Below, in pieces: positions 49,587-58,819 of a DNA stretch of 64,000 nt (its first letter is position 1; each line of letters starts with the position of its first letter). Below the pieces are notes generated by a model. It ran no database searches, was not told the origin of the DNA, and saw only the letters and a program-made list of their open reading frames with translations. The position numbers and the translations under genes are program-made. The stretch is from positions 1 to 64,000 of the IMG/VR virus record IMGVR_UViG_3300005617_000028; one strand, 5' to 3'. This DNA comes from a virus.

Positions 49587-49952
49587 AGGTGCTCCTCAAA
49601 CTTGGTCCGTCAGCATCGTACGGCGCAAAATCCACCGTATCGGGATATTCCGGCCACAACGTGGTAGAAAAGGTTCACGGGTGGTGCGGGGGCCCATCCG
49701 GTCAACGGGGGAGATGTCTGTGATCTGGCTTCGGCAGCTGTTGCTGCGCCTGTCCGGCCACTGGTACTACTCGACCAGCTGTCTGCACGGTCACCACAAA
49801 CACTGCCAGGCCACGGTCGCCATCGATGGCACCGTCAAAGAGCCGGGCCAGTGCAAGTGGTGTGACCAGATGTGCATCTGCCGGTGCCACCGGCCCCGTC
49901 GTCGTCCGTGGAGTGAGACCACGGTGAACCTGCCGGCCGCCGACGCACAGTA

Positions 49953-49985
49953 GGGCGGCCCAGGGGTTCAGGACCTGGGCCGCCC
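49953..49985. terminator. hairpin between convergent ORFs
   Basis: GGGCGGCCCAGG / CCTGGGCCGCCC. Confidence 0.6.
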
Positions 49986-50006
49986 ATCCCCCGTACGTGC
50001 GTGGTG

Positions 50007-50567
50007 TTACGACACGGACGCGACCCGGGACACGTCGGTCTTGATCCGGGTGCCCTGAAATGACGCCGGCCGGGTGGCCTTGTCGCCGGCCAGGCCGGCC
50101 ACCGCGGTCCCCGTGAGTGTGTCCCCGATGATGGTGATACGCCAGGTCACCTGCAGGGCCGGCGCCGGCTTGCGGGTGCGGGAGGAAGCGTTCAGCTCCA
50201 CGAACGACCCGACGAAGCTCGCCACCCCGGGAACCCCGGTGCCGTGGGTGACCTGCCACGTGCCCAGCCCGATCGAATCGGTGGTGCCGTCCGCGCCGGT
50301 GGCCTGTACGCCGGACGGGTTGGTGCTGATCATGACGCCGCCGGGCAGAAACGCGAACAGGTGTGGCGAGTAGGGCGCCCCGGTCACCTTCACCTGCCAC
50401 GAACCGATGATTGAGGGTTGTCCGGCGTCCGGGACGGCCGTCGGGTGCGTCGACGCCGCCACGGCTGGTACGGCGTGTGTGTCGTGGCTGCTGCAGCCGT
50501 GCAGGCCAAACGACGCGACCACGATCGCCGCCAGGACCGCGCGACGTCCCCATTTGTTCACAACCAC
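50007..50567 (-). CDS. putative lipoprotein
   Basis: RR + hydrophobic signal + LHGC lipobox; AGGAG RBS. Confidence 0.6.
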   Translation of the reverse strand: MVVNKWGRRAVLAAIVVASFGLHGCSSHDTHAVPAVAASTHPTAVPDAGQPSIIGSWQVKVTGAPYSPHLFAFLPGGVMISTNPSGVQATGADGTTDSIGLGTWQVTHGTGVPGVASFVGSFVELNASSRTRKPAPALQVTWRITIIGDTLTGTAVAGLAGDKATRPASFQGTRIKTDVSRVASVS

Positions 50568-50715
50568 AGTGCTGAACTCCTCTGTTGGTAGGTTCCCTGA
50601 TACGAATGCGCACCGTTGCGGCTGTCCGCGAACGTCCGCGCCCGGCGCTGCTGGCGCTGAGCCAGGTACGCCAGATAGCGCCAGGTGACCGTGGCCGGCC
50701 AGCGGTGCACGGGCT

Positions 50716-51084
50716 TCATCGCCGCGGGCCGGCGTCGCCCGCCAGCCACGGCATCCGGTCGGCCGCGTCACGGCGGGCTTGGGCGTACGCCGCGTAGTCA
50801 CTGCCGGCCGGGGCGGCGACCGGGCAGGCGGCCAGCTCCCGGGCCGGCGGTAGCGCCTGGCGGGTGCCGGGCCACACCGGGCCCCGCGCGACCTGGTAGC
50901 CCCGCTGAGCGGTCTGGGAGGGCACACACGGGAACGTCTCCCCGCAGGTGACACAGGTGCGCCCCTGGGTGTCCGGCCGGTGGTCCTGGTCCAGGTACGC
51001 GCACAGCGCCCAGATGGTCGGGTGCGCCCCCGGTGGCGCCACCAGCATCTCCGGGTCGTACCGGGTGTGCTCGTCGCCTTTCAT
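50716..51084 (-). CDS. hypothetical protein
   Basis: H..C.TCGETFPC. Confidence 0.5.
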   Translation of the reverse strand: MKGDEHTRYDPEMLVAPPGAHPTIWALCAYLDQDHRPDTQGRTCVTCGETFPCVPSQTAQRGYQVARGPVWPGTRQALPPARELAACPVAAPAGSDYAAYAQARRDAADRMPWLAGDAGPRR

Positions 51085-51413
51085 GCATCCACCTCCTCGG
51101 CTTGTTGTCCGGCGAGTTCTTTCTGTTGCCGAGCCTGTTCTTTCTGTTGTCGGTCCTGTTCGTCTAACCACGCCTGCGCTGCCTTGTTGGCTTCGGCGAT
51201 GTCGCACAGCAAGCTGAAAGGTTCATGGGACAAGCTCCCGTCCCAGTAGACCCTTTTCGCGTGGATGAACGTTTCCTTGTCCTCGAAGTAGCGGAGCAGA
51301 TCCCACCGGACTGCGAGCACCTTGATGGTGATGTCACCTGTGCCGTACTTGTAGTGCGGGTCTTTCAGGGTGATGATCATGTTCGGGGCCACGATCCGCG
51401 GCACCGCCGTCAT
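51081..51413 (-). CDS. hypothetical protein
   Basis: ATGA-coupled minus-strand run; YKYGTG motif. Confidence 0.5.
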   Translation of the reverse strand: MTAVPRIVAPNMIITLKDPHYKYGTGDITIKVLAVRWDLLRYFEDKETFIHAKRVYWDGSLSHEPFSLLCDIAEANKAAQAWLDEQDRQQKEQARQQKELAGQQAEEVDA

Positions 51414-51674
51414 CGCGGGGGTCCTCCGCCCTCCCGGGCGACCCAGGCGGCGAGGGACTTCTGCAGCTGCAGTGCCGCCGCCACCAGAGCGTCAACCGCG
51501 ATGATCGTGTCGCCGTCCGGGTGGGTCGCCTCCAGCAGCAATTCGCACTGTCCGGTATCGATGATCAGAATCGGGGCGGAGCCCTCGTCGACGTACGCGG
51601 TGGTGCCAGCACCGAGCGTTACGGTGATCGCCACCCGGGTCGGATTGGGCCGGGCCAGGGAGGACGTGGTCGGC

Positions 51675-51872
51675 TCATCCACGGAGGGCCGCCGCGGGTT
51701 CGGCGTTGGCGATGATCCTGTTGCGTTCCTGCAGCCGGTCACGGCATTCGGCACACATCGATCCCACGGCGGCGTGGCAGGTCACACACCAGTTGTCCAC
51801 CCGACGCCGGAGAAACCAGCCCATCGTCCCGCCCGCTGCCATTGCCAGGACGGCAATAACCAGGTAACCCAC
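51675..51872 (-). CDS. small membrane protein with CxxC pairs
   Basis: TM helix then WCVTC..CAEC; GGAGG RBS. Confidence 0.55.
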   Translation of the reverse strand: MGYLVIAVLAMAAGGTMGWFLRRRVDNWCVTCHAAVGSMCAECRDRLQERNRIIANAEPAAALRG

Positions 51873-51997
51873 AGTGTCCTCCAGGCTTGTATAGGCGGCT
51901 CATGCCGCGCGAAGATCAAATAACCCCCGCGGCCGGGTCGGTGATCTGACTCGGCTCTTTTGCTAGCCTCGGCGTTGTGCGTGTGTGAATCCATACG

Positions 51998-53248
51998 GTG
52001 CAGGTCTTCAAGTCGTCTTCAACAGGCCATGACTCATTCCCCCGGGAGGTGGCGGCAGTGCAGGATTTCGGTGAGGCGTTGCGCAGTCTGCGAACCGCGG
52101 CCGGTCTGAGTCAGGCGGACCTGGCCGCAGCGACGTCTTACGCGAAAAGCCATATCGGGAATGTCGAGACCGGTAAGCGGCAGCCCACGACGGAGCTTGC
52201 GGACGCATGCGACCGGGTGCTGGGTACCTCTCCGCTGCTGGTCATGTTGACCACCAACGGAGGCAGCGACATGAGACGACGCGCGCTTGTGAGCATCATC
52301 GGCACCTCGCTCGGGGCCGGCTTCACGTTCGGTCCGGACACGCTGGCTGAGGTGATCCGTACGGCCCTGTCCCGCGACACGGGCGATGACCTGGAGCAGG
52401 TGGTGGCCAACTTCGAGCGCCGCTATTTCTTGGAACCCACCACCGTGTACGGCACCGACTTGCTGTCCGAACTGCTCATCCTGCGGCAGCGGGTAGCGGA
52501 GCGGCCCGACCCGCGGACCCTGGCGACCACGGCGGTGTTGTCCCAGCTGTACGGCCTGTGGTCGGGCAACCAGGGCAAGCTCACCGCCGCGCACGGCTGG
52601 TACGGCACGGCGGCCGGCCTGGCGGACCGTAGCGGCGACAACCGGGTGCGGGCCGATGTGCGGGGCCGCTCGGTGGTGCGGGGCGTCTACGAGGGCTGGA
52701 GCCTGTCGCACGCGCGACGCGAGATCGAGACGACCCTGGCGCTGAGCCCTACGGTCACTGTGGGCCGACTGGAGGCGCACGCGGCGCGGGTGCACATTGC
52801 CGGCCTGACCGGGGCGGTGGACGAGGGCCGTCAGGCGGTGGCCGATATGTGGCGTACCGCCGAGGCGCTGCCGGAGCCGGACCACCCGGCCACCCACACC
52901 GCCCGCACCGCGCTGTTCGACAACTTCCTGGAATGCCGGGCCGGTACCCCCGCCAGCGCCGAGAGGGCACACACCCGGGCGGTACCGCTGCTGGCGGCCA
53001 CGCCGCTGTGGCTGGCCGACGCGAAGATCTACTACGGCCGGGCGTTGGTGACGGGCGGTGACGTCGCCGGCGGTGTCCGGCTGGGCCTGGACGCGGTCAG
53101 CTCCTACAGCGGGGTGAACCTGCGCGTGCACCAGGTCGGCGTCCGTGATCTGCTGTCGGTGGTCCCGCCCGGCTACGCCAGCGACGAGCTGCACGCCCTG
53201 CGGGCCTACGCCAGCCCGCAGCCCGGCCCGTGGGAGACGCTTCAATGA
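51998..53248 (+). CDS. XRE-family HTH regulator with helical (TPR-like) C-terminal domain
   Basis: FGEALRSLR..GLSQADLA..IGNVETGKR.PT; MRRRAL linker typical of actinomycete XRE proteins. Confidence 0.85.
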   Translation: MQVFKSSSTGHDSFPREVAAVQDFGEALRSLRTAAGLSQADLAAATSYAKSHIGNVETGKRQPTTELADACDRVLGTSPLLVMLTTNGGSDMRRRALVSIIGTSLGAGFTFGPDTLAEVIRTALSRDTGDDLEQVVANFERRYFLEPTTVYGTDLLSELLILRQRVAERPDPRTLATTAVLSQLYGLWSGNQGKLTAAHGWYGTAAGLADRSGDNRVRADVRGRSVVRGVYEGWSLSHARREIETTLALSPTVTVGRLEAHAARVHIAGLTGAVDEGRQAVADMWRTAEALPEPDHPATHTARTALFDNFLECRAGTPASAERAHTRAVPLLAATPLWLADAKIYYGRALVTGGDVAGGVRLGLDAVSSYSGVNLRVHQVGVRDLLSVVPPGYASDELHALRAYASPQPGPWETLQ

Positions 53249-53460
53249 CCAGACCCCGCCGCACCACACCCGAACACCGCGACCAGGTGCACGCCGTCCG
53301 GGCCGCCGTCGGGGCCGGGCCGCAGCGGACCTGCCGGCCCGGCATCCGGGGCCACTGTGGCGACCCGGCGTGTGCATTCTGTCAGCGTGACCGTGAGGAG
53401 AGGGCCGAGCTGGCCGAGGACACTGCGGCGGAGTAAGGCACCCGCGTTCACGCAAATGCC

Positions 53461-53499
53461 CCGGAGCCTGAATCCGCCGTCGGGAGGTTCAGGCTCCGG
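53461..53499 (+). terminator. hairpin after XRE operon
   Basis: CCGGAGCCTGAA / TTCAGGCTCCGG. Confidence 0.6.
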
Positions 53500-53611
53500 T
53501 GTGTGTCCGGGGGAGGCCCGGATGCTGGCTAGGATGAGGCATGCGACATGTCGGATATGACGCTGGCCGGCCCCCCCGTGACGTGCTGGTCGTCAATCCT
53601 GGGCCTTGGTA

Positions 53612-54610
53612 GTGGGCATCCTCCGGGTGAAGGACGGTATCGGATCGTGGGCGACCGTTTCGGTCGACGCGGCCGGACCGACGTCGCCGCAGCTTCTGCG
53701 GTTGAAGCTGCCCGATGGTGTGTGGCTAACTCACGTGGCACCGGACGCCCCAGGCGCCCGGCCGTTGAGGTTGAAGCGCCATGACGGGTCGTGGGTGACT
53801 GTCCTGTATGTGGCCGCCGCGCCGGCGGGCGTGGTTGCCGAGTTGAACTATGCGACGCTCGGGGGCCTGCGCTCCCTGTCCTGGGTCTTGCAGTACCTCG
53901 GCGGCTCCACCCCTACGTGGCAGGTTCAGCTGAACAATGTCACTACGGGTGTGAGTGCGCGCAGCGCGGGTGGTGCGTCATTTGACCGGCGCCGGGTCGT
54001 GTCCTATTTCATTGTTGACTTAAATCCGATTCGTTGGTTGATGGTTCAGGACCCGACCCTACGAAAATATGTGACCATTAATCTTGCTGGTATCGTCGGA
54101 TCAGCGGGTCTGGATATCGTGGACGGTCTCAGTGGTTCGCATTCCACCTTCAACCTCCGGGTACTAGAGATAGCCGAGCCACCCGCGTTTGTGACCGGCC
54201 AGCCTCAAGGCCCGGCCGGCGCACTCGCAGTACGGATCGTCGCATCTGTTTTCCTCAACCGCCTCATCGATGTGCGCGGGATCGTCAACGCCGGCCCGGC
54301 GACACAGTCTTTCGCAGGCGAGGCCGAGGCGGCGGCCGAGACTTTCATGGATCCGGTCGGCGCAGTTCTCAGCACCGTCCAGATTCCAAGCGCTGCACTG
54401 GGTTACTGGACCGTGAGCCGGCCCGTCCCGGAAGCAGAGATGATGACCAGGTCATGTATCGCGTTCGCGATCACTACCGATGTCGTGCCGCTGGATTTTC
54501 CCGAGCGTACGGGCGCCGTGGGTTGGTCAGTGACTGGTCACACCACCGACTATGTGGAAACAATCGGCAGTCCGGTCGTGCGGGCATGTTCCATCACCCT
54601 TTTCGGCTAG
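53612..54610 (+). CDS. hypothetical, possibly tail/receptor-binding-like protein
   Basis: Repeated LR(V/L)K..G.W N-terminal motifs; visibly lower-GC body. Confidence 0.5.
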   Translation: MGILRVKDGIGSWATVSVDAAGPTSPQLLRLKLPDGVWLTHVAPDAPGARPLRLKRHDGSWVTVLYVAAAPAGVVAELNYATLGGLRSLSWVLQYLGGSTPTWQVQLNNVTTGVSARSAGGASFDRRRVVSYFIVDLNPIRWLMVQDPTLRKYVTINLAGIVGSAGLDIVDGLSGSHSTFNLRVLEIAEPPAFVTGQPQGPAGALAVRIVASVFLNRLIDVRGIVNAGPATQSFAGEAEAAAETFMDPVGAVLSTVQIPSAALGYWTVSRPVPEAEMMTRSCIAFAITTDVVPLDFPERTGAVGWSVTGHTTDYVETIGSPVVRACSITLFG

Positions 54611-56178
54611 GGTCCGTCGCCGGCAGGTCGTACGGTGCGGAAACCGGCGAAGTGGCCGTTGAGGATGCGGCCCGCCTTTTCGATCAGCGCAGCCGCGGTG
54701 AACGGCTTTTCGATCAGGTTGACATCGCGTTCCAGCCGGCCCTGGGATGCCAGCACCGGCTGGGCGTAGCCGGACATGAACAGCACCTCGATGTCGGGGC
54801 GCAGCGCGATGATCCGCTCCGCGACCTCCTTGCCCAGCATGTGCGGCATCACCACGTCGGTGAGCAGCAGATGGATCTCACCCTCGTATTCGGTGGCCAA
54901 CGCGATCGCCTCCGGTCCGTTGGACGCGGTCATCACCTTGTAGCCACTGCGGCGGAAGATCCGCCGGGTGACGGTACGCAGCGCTTCCTGGTCTTCCACG
55001 ATGAGTACCATCTCCCCGGCCGGAGCCCGCTCGTACGCGACCGGGTCCGTGTTCTCCGGCGTCACCGCTTCCTTGGTGATGGGGATCAGGATGGTGAAGG
55101 TGGTACCCGCACCGGGCTGGGAACGGACCTCGATGGTGCCTTCGGCCTGGGCGACGATGCCGTACACGGTGGACAGCCCCAGCCCGGTACCCAGGCCGTC
55201 GGCCTTGGCGGTGAAAAACGGCTCGAATACGTGACTCAAGATCTCCGGCGGCATCCCGATGCCGGTGTCGGTGACCCGCAGCTGCACATGACGCCCCGAA
55301 TGGAGCAGCACGTCGGTGTCCACATCCACGTTGGCGGTGTCGATGCGCAGGACACCACCCTCGGCCATCGCGTCACGGGCGTTGACCGCCAGGTTGATCA
55401 GGATCTGTTCGATCTGGCCGGCGTTGCCCAGGATCGGCCACAGCCCGTCGGTCAGATCGGTTTCCATCAGAATGTCGGCGCCCAGGGTTCGGCGCAGCAT
55501 GTGCTCCACATCCAGCACCACCGTGTTCAGGTCCAGCACCTGCGGCTGCACCACCTCCCGCCGGGCGAACGCCAGCAGCTGGTGGGTCAGGTCGGTGGCC
55601 CGTTGGGCGGCTCGCTCGATCTGGCCGATGTCGACCACCGACGCCGCCAGATCCGGCTCCGCGCTGGTCAGCTCCTCCACTACGAACGCGGCGTAGTTGA
55701 GGATCACCGACAGCAGGTTGTTGAAGTCGTGCGCCACCCCACCGGCCAGCTGGCCCAGCATCTCCAGCCGCTGGCTCTGGTTAAGCCGCGACTGCAGATG
55801 TTCCCGGTCGGTCAGGTGCTGGGCGTGTTCGGTGTCCATCACCCCCTGGAAACGGTCCTGCGCCGCCTGCACCTGAAGCTGGGCCTGTTCATGTTCCTCG
55901 GCGACCCGCTCCTGGAAACGGTCCTGGGCGGCGTTGACCTGGATCCGCTCGGTGGCCCGCTCGCCGCTCATGGCGTCCTGGAAACGGTCCTGGGCGGCCT
56001 GCACCTCGGCCCGCTCGGTGTCACGTTCCTCACCCATGCGGATCTGTAGCCGGTCATGGGCTTCGCGTACCTGCACCCGCTCGCGGGCGTATTCGGCGCT
56101 CATCTGATCCTGGTGGGGATCAGCGGTAGTGGGCTGCGGTGTGTTGTCGTCCGGGCCGAGTGGAATCGCGTCCGACAT
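54607..56178 (-). CDS. cytoplasmic hybrid histidine kinase (HisKA-HATPase-REC, CckA-like)
   Basis: GQLAGGVAHDFNN, NLAVNARDAM, DTGIGM, FEPFFT, GTGLGL, TDVVMP, KPF. Confidence 0.93.
   Translation of the reverse strand: MSDAIPLGPDDNTPQPTTADPHQDQMSAEYARERVQVREAHDRLQIRMGEERDTERAEVQAAQDRFQDAMSGERATERIQVNAAQDRFQERVAEEHEQAQLQVQAAQDRFQGVMDTEHAQHLTDREHLQSRLNQSQRLEMLGQLAGGVAHDFNNLLSVILNYAAFVVEELTSAEPDLAASVVDIGQIERAAQRATDLTHQLLAFARREVVQPQVLDLNTVVLDVEHMLRRTLGADILMETDLTDGLWPILGNAGQIEQILINLAVNARDAMAEGGVLRIDTANVDVDTDVLLHSGRHVQLRVTDTGIGMPPEILSHVFEPFFTAKADGLGTGLGLSTVYGIVAQAEGTIEVRSQPGAGTTFTILIPITKEAVTPENTDPVAYERAPAGEMVLIVEDQEALRTVTRRIFRRSGYKVMTASNGPEAIALATEYEGEIHLLLTDVVMPHMLGKEVAERIIALRPDIEVLFMSGYAQPVLASQGRLERDVNLIEKPFTAAALIEKAGRILNGHFAGFRTVRPAGDGP
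55774..56103 (-). repeat. about five 66-bp (22-aa) repeats in kinase N-terminus
   Basis: MGEERDTERAEVQAAQDRFQDA-type units. Confidence 0.8.
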
Positions 56179-56359
56179 GGGTGGTCACCCCTGGTTTGAC
56201 CGCCGAAAGGCGAAGCCCTGGCGTGGGAGCGGTCATCATCCAGGGCGGAAGGTCGGAGGCCGACCAGCGCAGCCAGCGTATCGCCCGGTATGCCCGCCTT
56301 CGCTGCATATCGATGTCTACTGACTAGGCATCGCGGTGTCAATCCGGTAGACTGCTGGG

Positions 56360-56767
56360 ATGGTTAAGACGAAGAAGGTTTTCCCCTGCGCGGTGGATGT
56401 CACCCGGGACTCCACCGGGTGGGTGGCCACCTTTGCCGGGGAGGCACCGGTGGGTGGGGGCACGGTACGCGCCGGCAGCCTGGTCAGCCTGCAGGAACGG
56501 GTCCAGGACCTGGTCGCCGAACGGGTCAGGCCGACGGTGGAGGTGGAGTTCACCTACCGGTTCGACTTCGGCCAGCCCCACCTGGAGGGGGTCACCGCCG
56601 ACATCCGCCGGCGCCGCGCGGAGCTGGCCGCCGCCGAAGCCAGACTCTTCGCCGAAACTGATCAGCTGGCCCGGGAACTGGTCGCCGGTCAAGGTCTGTC
56701 GTTCCGCGACGCCGCGGTCCTGCTTGGCGTGTCCCACCAGTGGATCGGCAAACTGCTCGCCGTCTGA
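56360..56767 (+). CDS. HicB-like orphan antitoxin/HTH protein
   Basis: VTRDSTGWVA..LQERVQDLVA; GLSFRDAAVLLGVSHQ. Confidence 0.6.
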   Translation: MVKTKKVFPCAVDVTRDSTGWVATFAGEAPVGGGTVRAGSLVSLQERVQDLVAERVRPTVEVEFTYRFDFGQPHLEGVTADIRRRRAELAAAEARLFAETDQLARELVAGQGLSFRDAAVLLGVSHQWIGKLLAV

Positions 56768-56809
56768 GACCGTACCGGGCCCACCCCGCACCACCTGTGA
56801 GGAGAACCG

Positions 56810-57418
56810 ATGAGCAGCCAGGCTGCCGACACCACCACCATCAGCATCTTTCCCGAGGAGCTGTTGCTCTCCGCCGGCCAGGTTGAGGGATGGACCGGTC
56901 GGGCGCTCGACGCGGAAGAGCTGGTACGCCTGCGGGCGGAGATCGCCGCCTCCCCGGTCATCCAGCAGGCGGTGGTGGCGATCGTGGCACATTTCACCCG
57001 CAGTCCGGTGGACGTGCTGTGGGAGACGGTGAAGCGGTTGGAGGGGGAGGCCGCCCAGACGGCCGCGGTCGCCGCACTGGTGGAGAGCTACGTCCGTGAG
57101 GTGGCGCAGCCGGCCATCGCAGCCAGAGCCCGACCCACGAATGGCCTCGGTGACAGCGCGGCCGCGCTGTTGGCCCTGGCACCGGGTTGGTGTGTCAGTC
57201 GCACCCTACGGAGCGAGGCGCGAAGCTACGTGGAAGCCTCCGCCTTCGCGCAGGGTCCGGATGGCACGCCGGCTCGCCGTGTGCACCGGGCGCTGCAAAA
57301 CCTGGACCGCCGCTATCTGTTCGACGCCCTGGACGCGCTCGGCGACGAGTGGCTGTCCACTGTGGTGTCCGGCAGCGGCTCCACCACGAACGACAGCACC
57401 GAATCCAACGGGATGTAG
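56810..57418 (+). CDS. hypothetical protein
   Basis: GAGGAG RBS. Confidence 0.5.
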   Translation: MSSQAADTTTISIFPEELLLSAGQVEGWTGRALDAEELVRLRAEIAASPVIQQAVVAIVAHFTRSPVDVLWETVKRLEGEAAQTAAVAALVESYVREVAQPAIAARARPTNGLGDSAAALLALAPGWCVSRTLRSEARSYVEASAFAQGPDGTPARRVHRALQNLDRRYLFDALDALGDEWLSTVVSGSGSTTNDSTESNGM

Positions 57419-57547
57419 AGCCGGGGAAACCGGCCGACCACCAGGCACCGCTGGGCGGCGGCAACACGCCAGCTCTCCCGCACCGGGTAGTACATCACCT
57501 GGTGATCCTGGTAGGTCACCACCAACTGCACCCGGGCCGCCGGCGGT

Positions 57548-58030
57548 TCAGCCATCTGTGGGCCGCCGGGGCAGGGTCACCCGGCTGGCCAGGTCGCGCA
57601 CCACATCGTCGGCGTACGCCTCATGCCCGGCCAGCATGGGGTCTTCGGCCACCGAGCGAAGCCACGCCCGGATCACCGCCGCCAGGGCCTGGGCCAGTCG
57701 GCTGCCGTCGTCGAGCTTGTCCACCGGCTCGGTACGGGTGTCCCGGTAGATGGCCAGCAGCTCCCCGGCGATCAGCTCAAACCCGTCATCCTCCGGGGTT
57801 TCCTCGAACGCGGCCCGGGCCGCCTTCAACACCTGCCGGGCCGCGTCCTGGTACTCCTGGCGGAACGCGGCGGGGTCACCGCTGCTGCCCGGCCCCGGCC
57901 AGTGCGCATCGGCCATCTCCGGATTGTCGAAGTCGTTGCCCTGGATGGCGGCCATCCGGCGCGCGGCGGCCTGCACCGCGCCCGGGTGGTCTTCCAGGCG
58001 CAGGCGTGTGGGCACAGGGTCCAGGCTCAT
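57548..58030 (-). CDS. hypothetical protein
   Basis: GAGGAG RBS. Confidence 0.5.
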   Translation of the reverse strand: MSLDPVPTRLRLEDHPGAVQAAARRMAAIQGNDFDNPEMADAHWPGPGSSGDPAAFRQEYQDAARQVLKAARAAFEETPEDDGFELIAGELLAIYRDTRTEPVDKLDDGSRLAQALAAVIRAWLRSVAEDPMLAGHEAYADDVVRDLASRVTLPRRPTDG

Positions 58031-58417
58031 TGGCGGTACTCCTCGGATCTGGGCATATGGTCCGGTTTCCGGATCCTACGGTCACAGGGTCACTGAGTTT
58101 GACGAAAAGTCAGTGAATGGCCACGCAGAGTGATTGTCCGTGGTTAGGGTCTGGACAGACCGGCACGAGGCTGTAGCGACAAGGTCAATCCTGGCAGTCA
58201 CCGGGTGGACCCGATGCCGACAACACCGTCCGTGTCCCCTGTTTGTGCCGCCGGGTGTCTGGACCATGCACCCGGCGGCCACCTCAGCCGAGCCCCCTCA
58301 CGCCGCCGCCCGGTCACCCCAACGTGTGGCGCACACACCCAGAACGGCCAGGGCCTCGCTCCACCCGCGGTGAGCTGCCCATACTGCTAACACACCAGCC
58401 AGTCGGGGGGCATCAGA

Positions 58418-58819
58418 GTGGCTAACGAAGCGGCCCTACGCGAGGTGCTGGGCTTCATCGAGCTGCACCTGGACCAGTGGGACCCGGCCCGCTGGGTGGA
58501 CGGCTACTGGGGCGACACCTGCGGCACGGTGGCCTGCCTCGCCGGCTGGACCTACCTGCTGCGCACACGGTCCCCGCAACCCCAGCCGCCGGCCCGCGTC
58601 GTGTTCCATGAAGCCAGCGCCCTGCTCGGCCTGAACCGGTCCCAGGCGGTGGCCCTGTTCGGCTACACCACCGTCATGGAGGACGGCCCGGACAACAACG
58701 GCCTCGGCACCGCCCGCCCACCCACCTTCGCCGAACTGCTGGTGAAAGTGCAGGAGATCACCGGTGTGCAGTTCAAACCCGACGACACCACGGCACTGGA
58801 CGGCGCCCGTGCAGACTAG
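58418..58819 (+). CDS. conserved-type phage hypothetical protein
   Basis: CGTVACLAGW..LLGL..A..LF. Confidence 0.6.
   Translation: MANEAALREVLGFIELHLDQWDPARWVDGYWGDTCGTVACLAGWTYLLRTRSPQPQPPARVVFHEASALLGLNRSQAVALFGYTTVMEDGPDNNGLGTARPPTFAELLVKVQEITGVQFKPDDTTALDGARAD

Noticed and set aside
54454-56049. 531-aa plus-strand ORF
   Set aside because: Antisense to the well-supported histidine kinase
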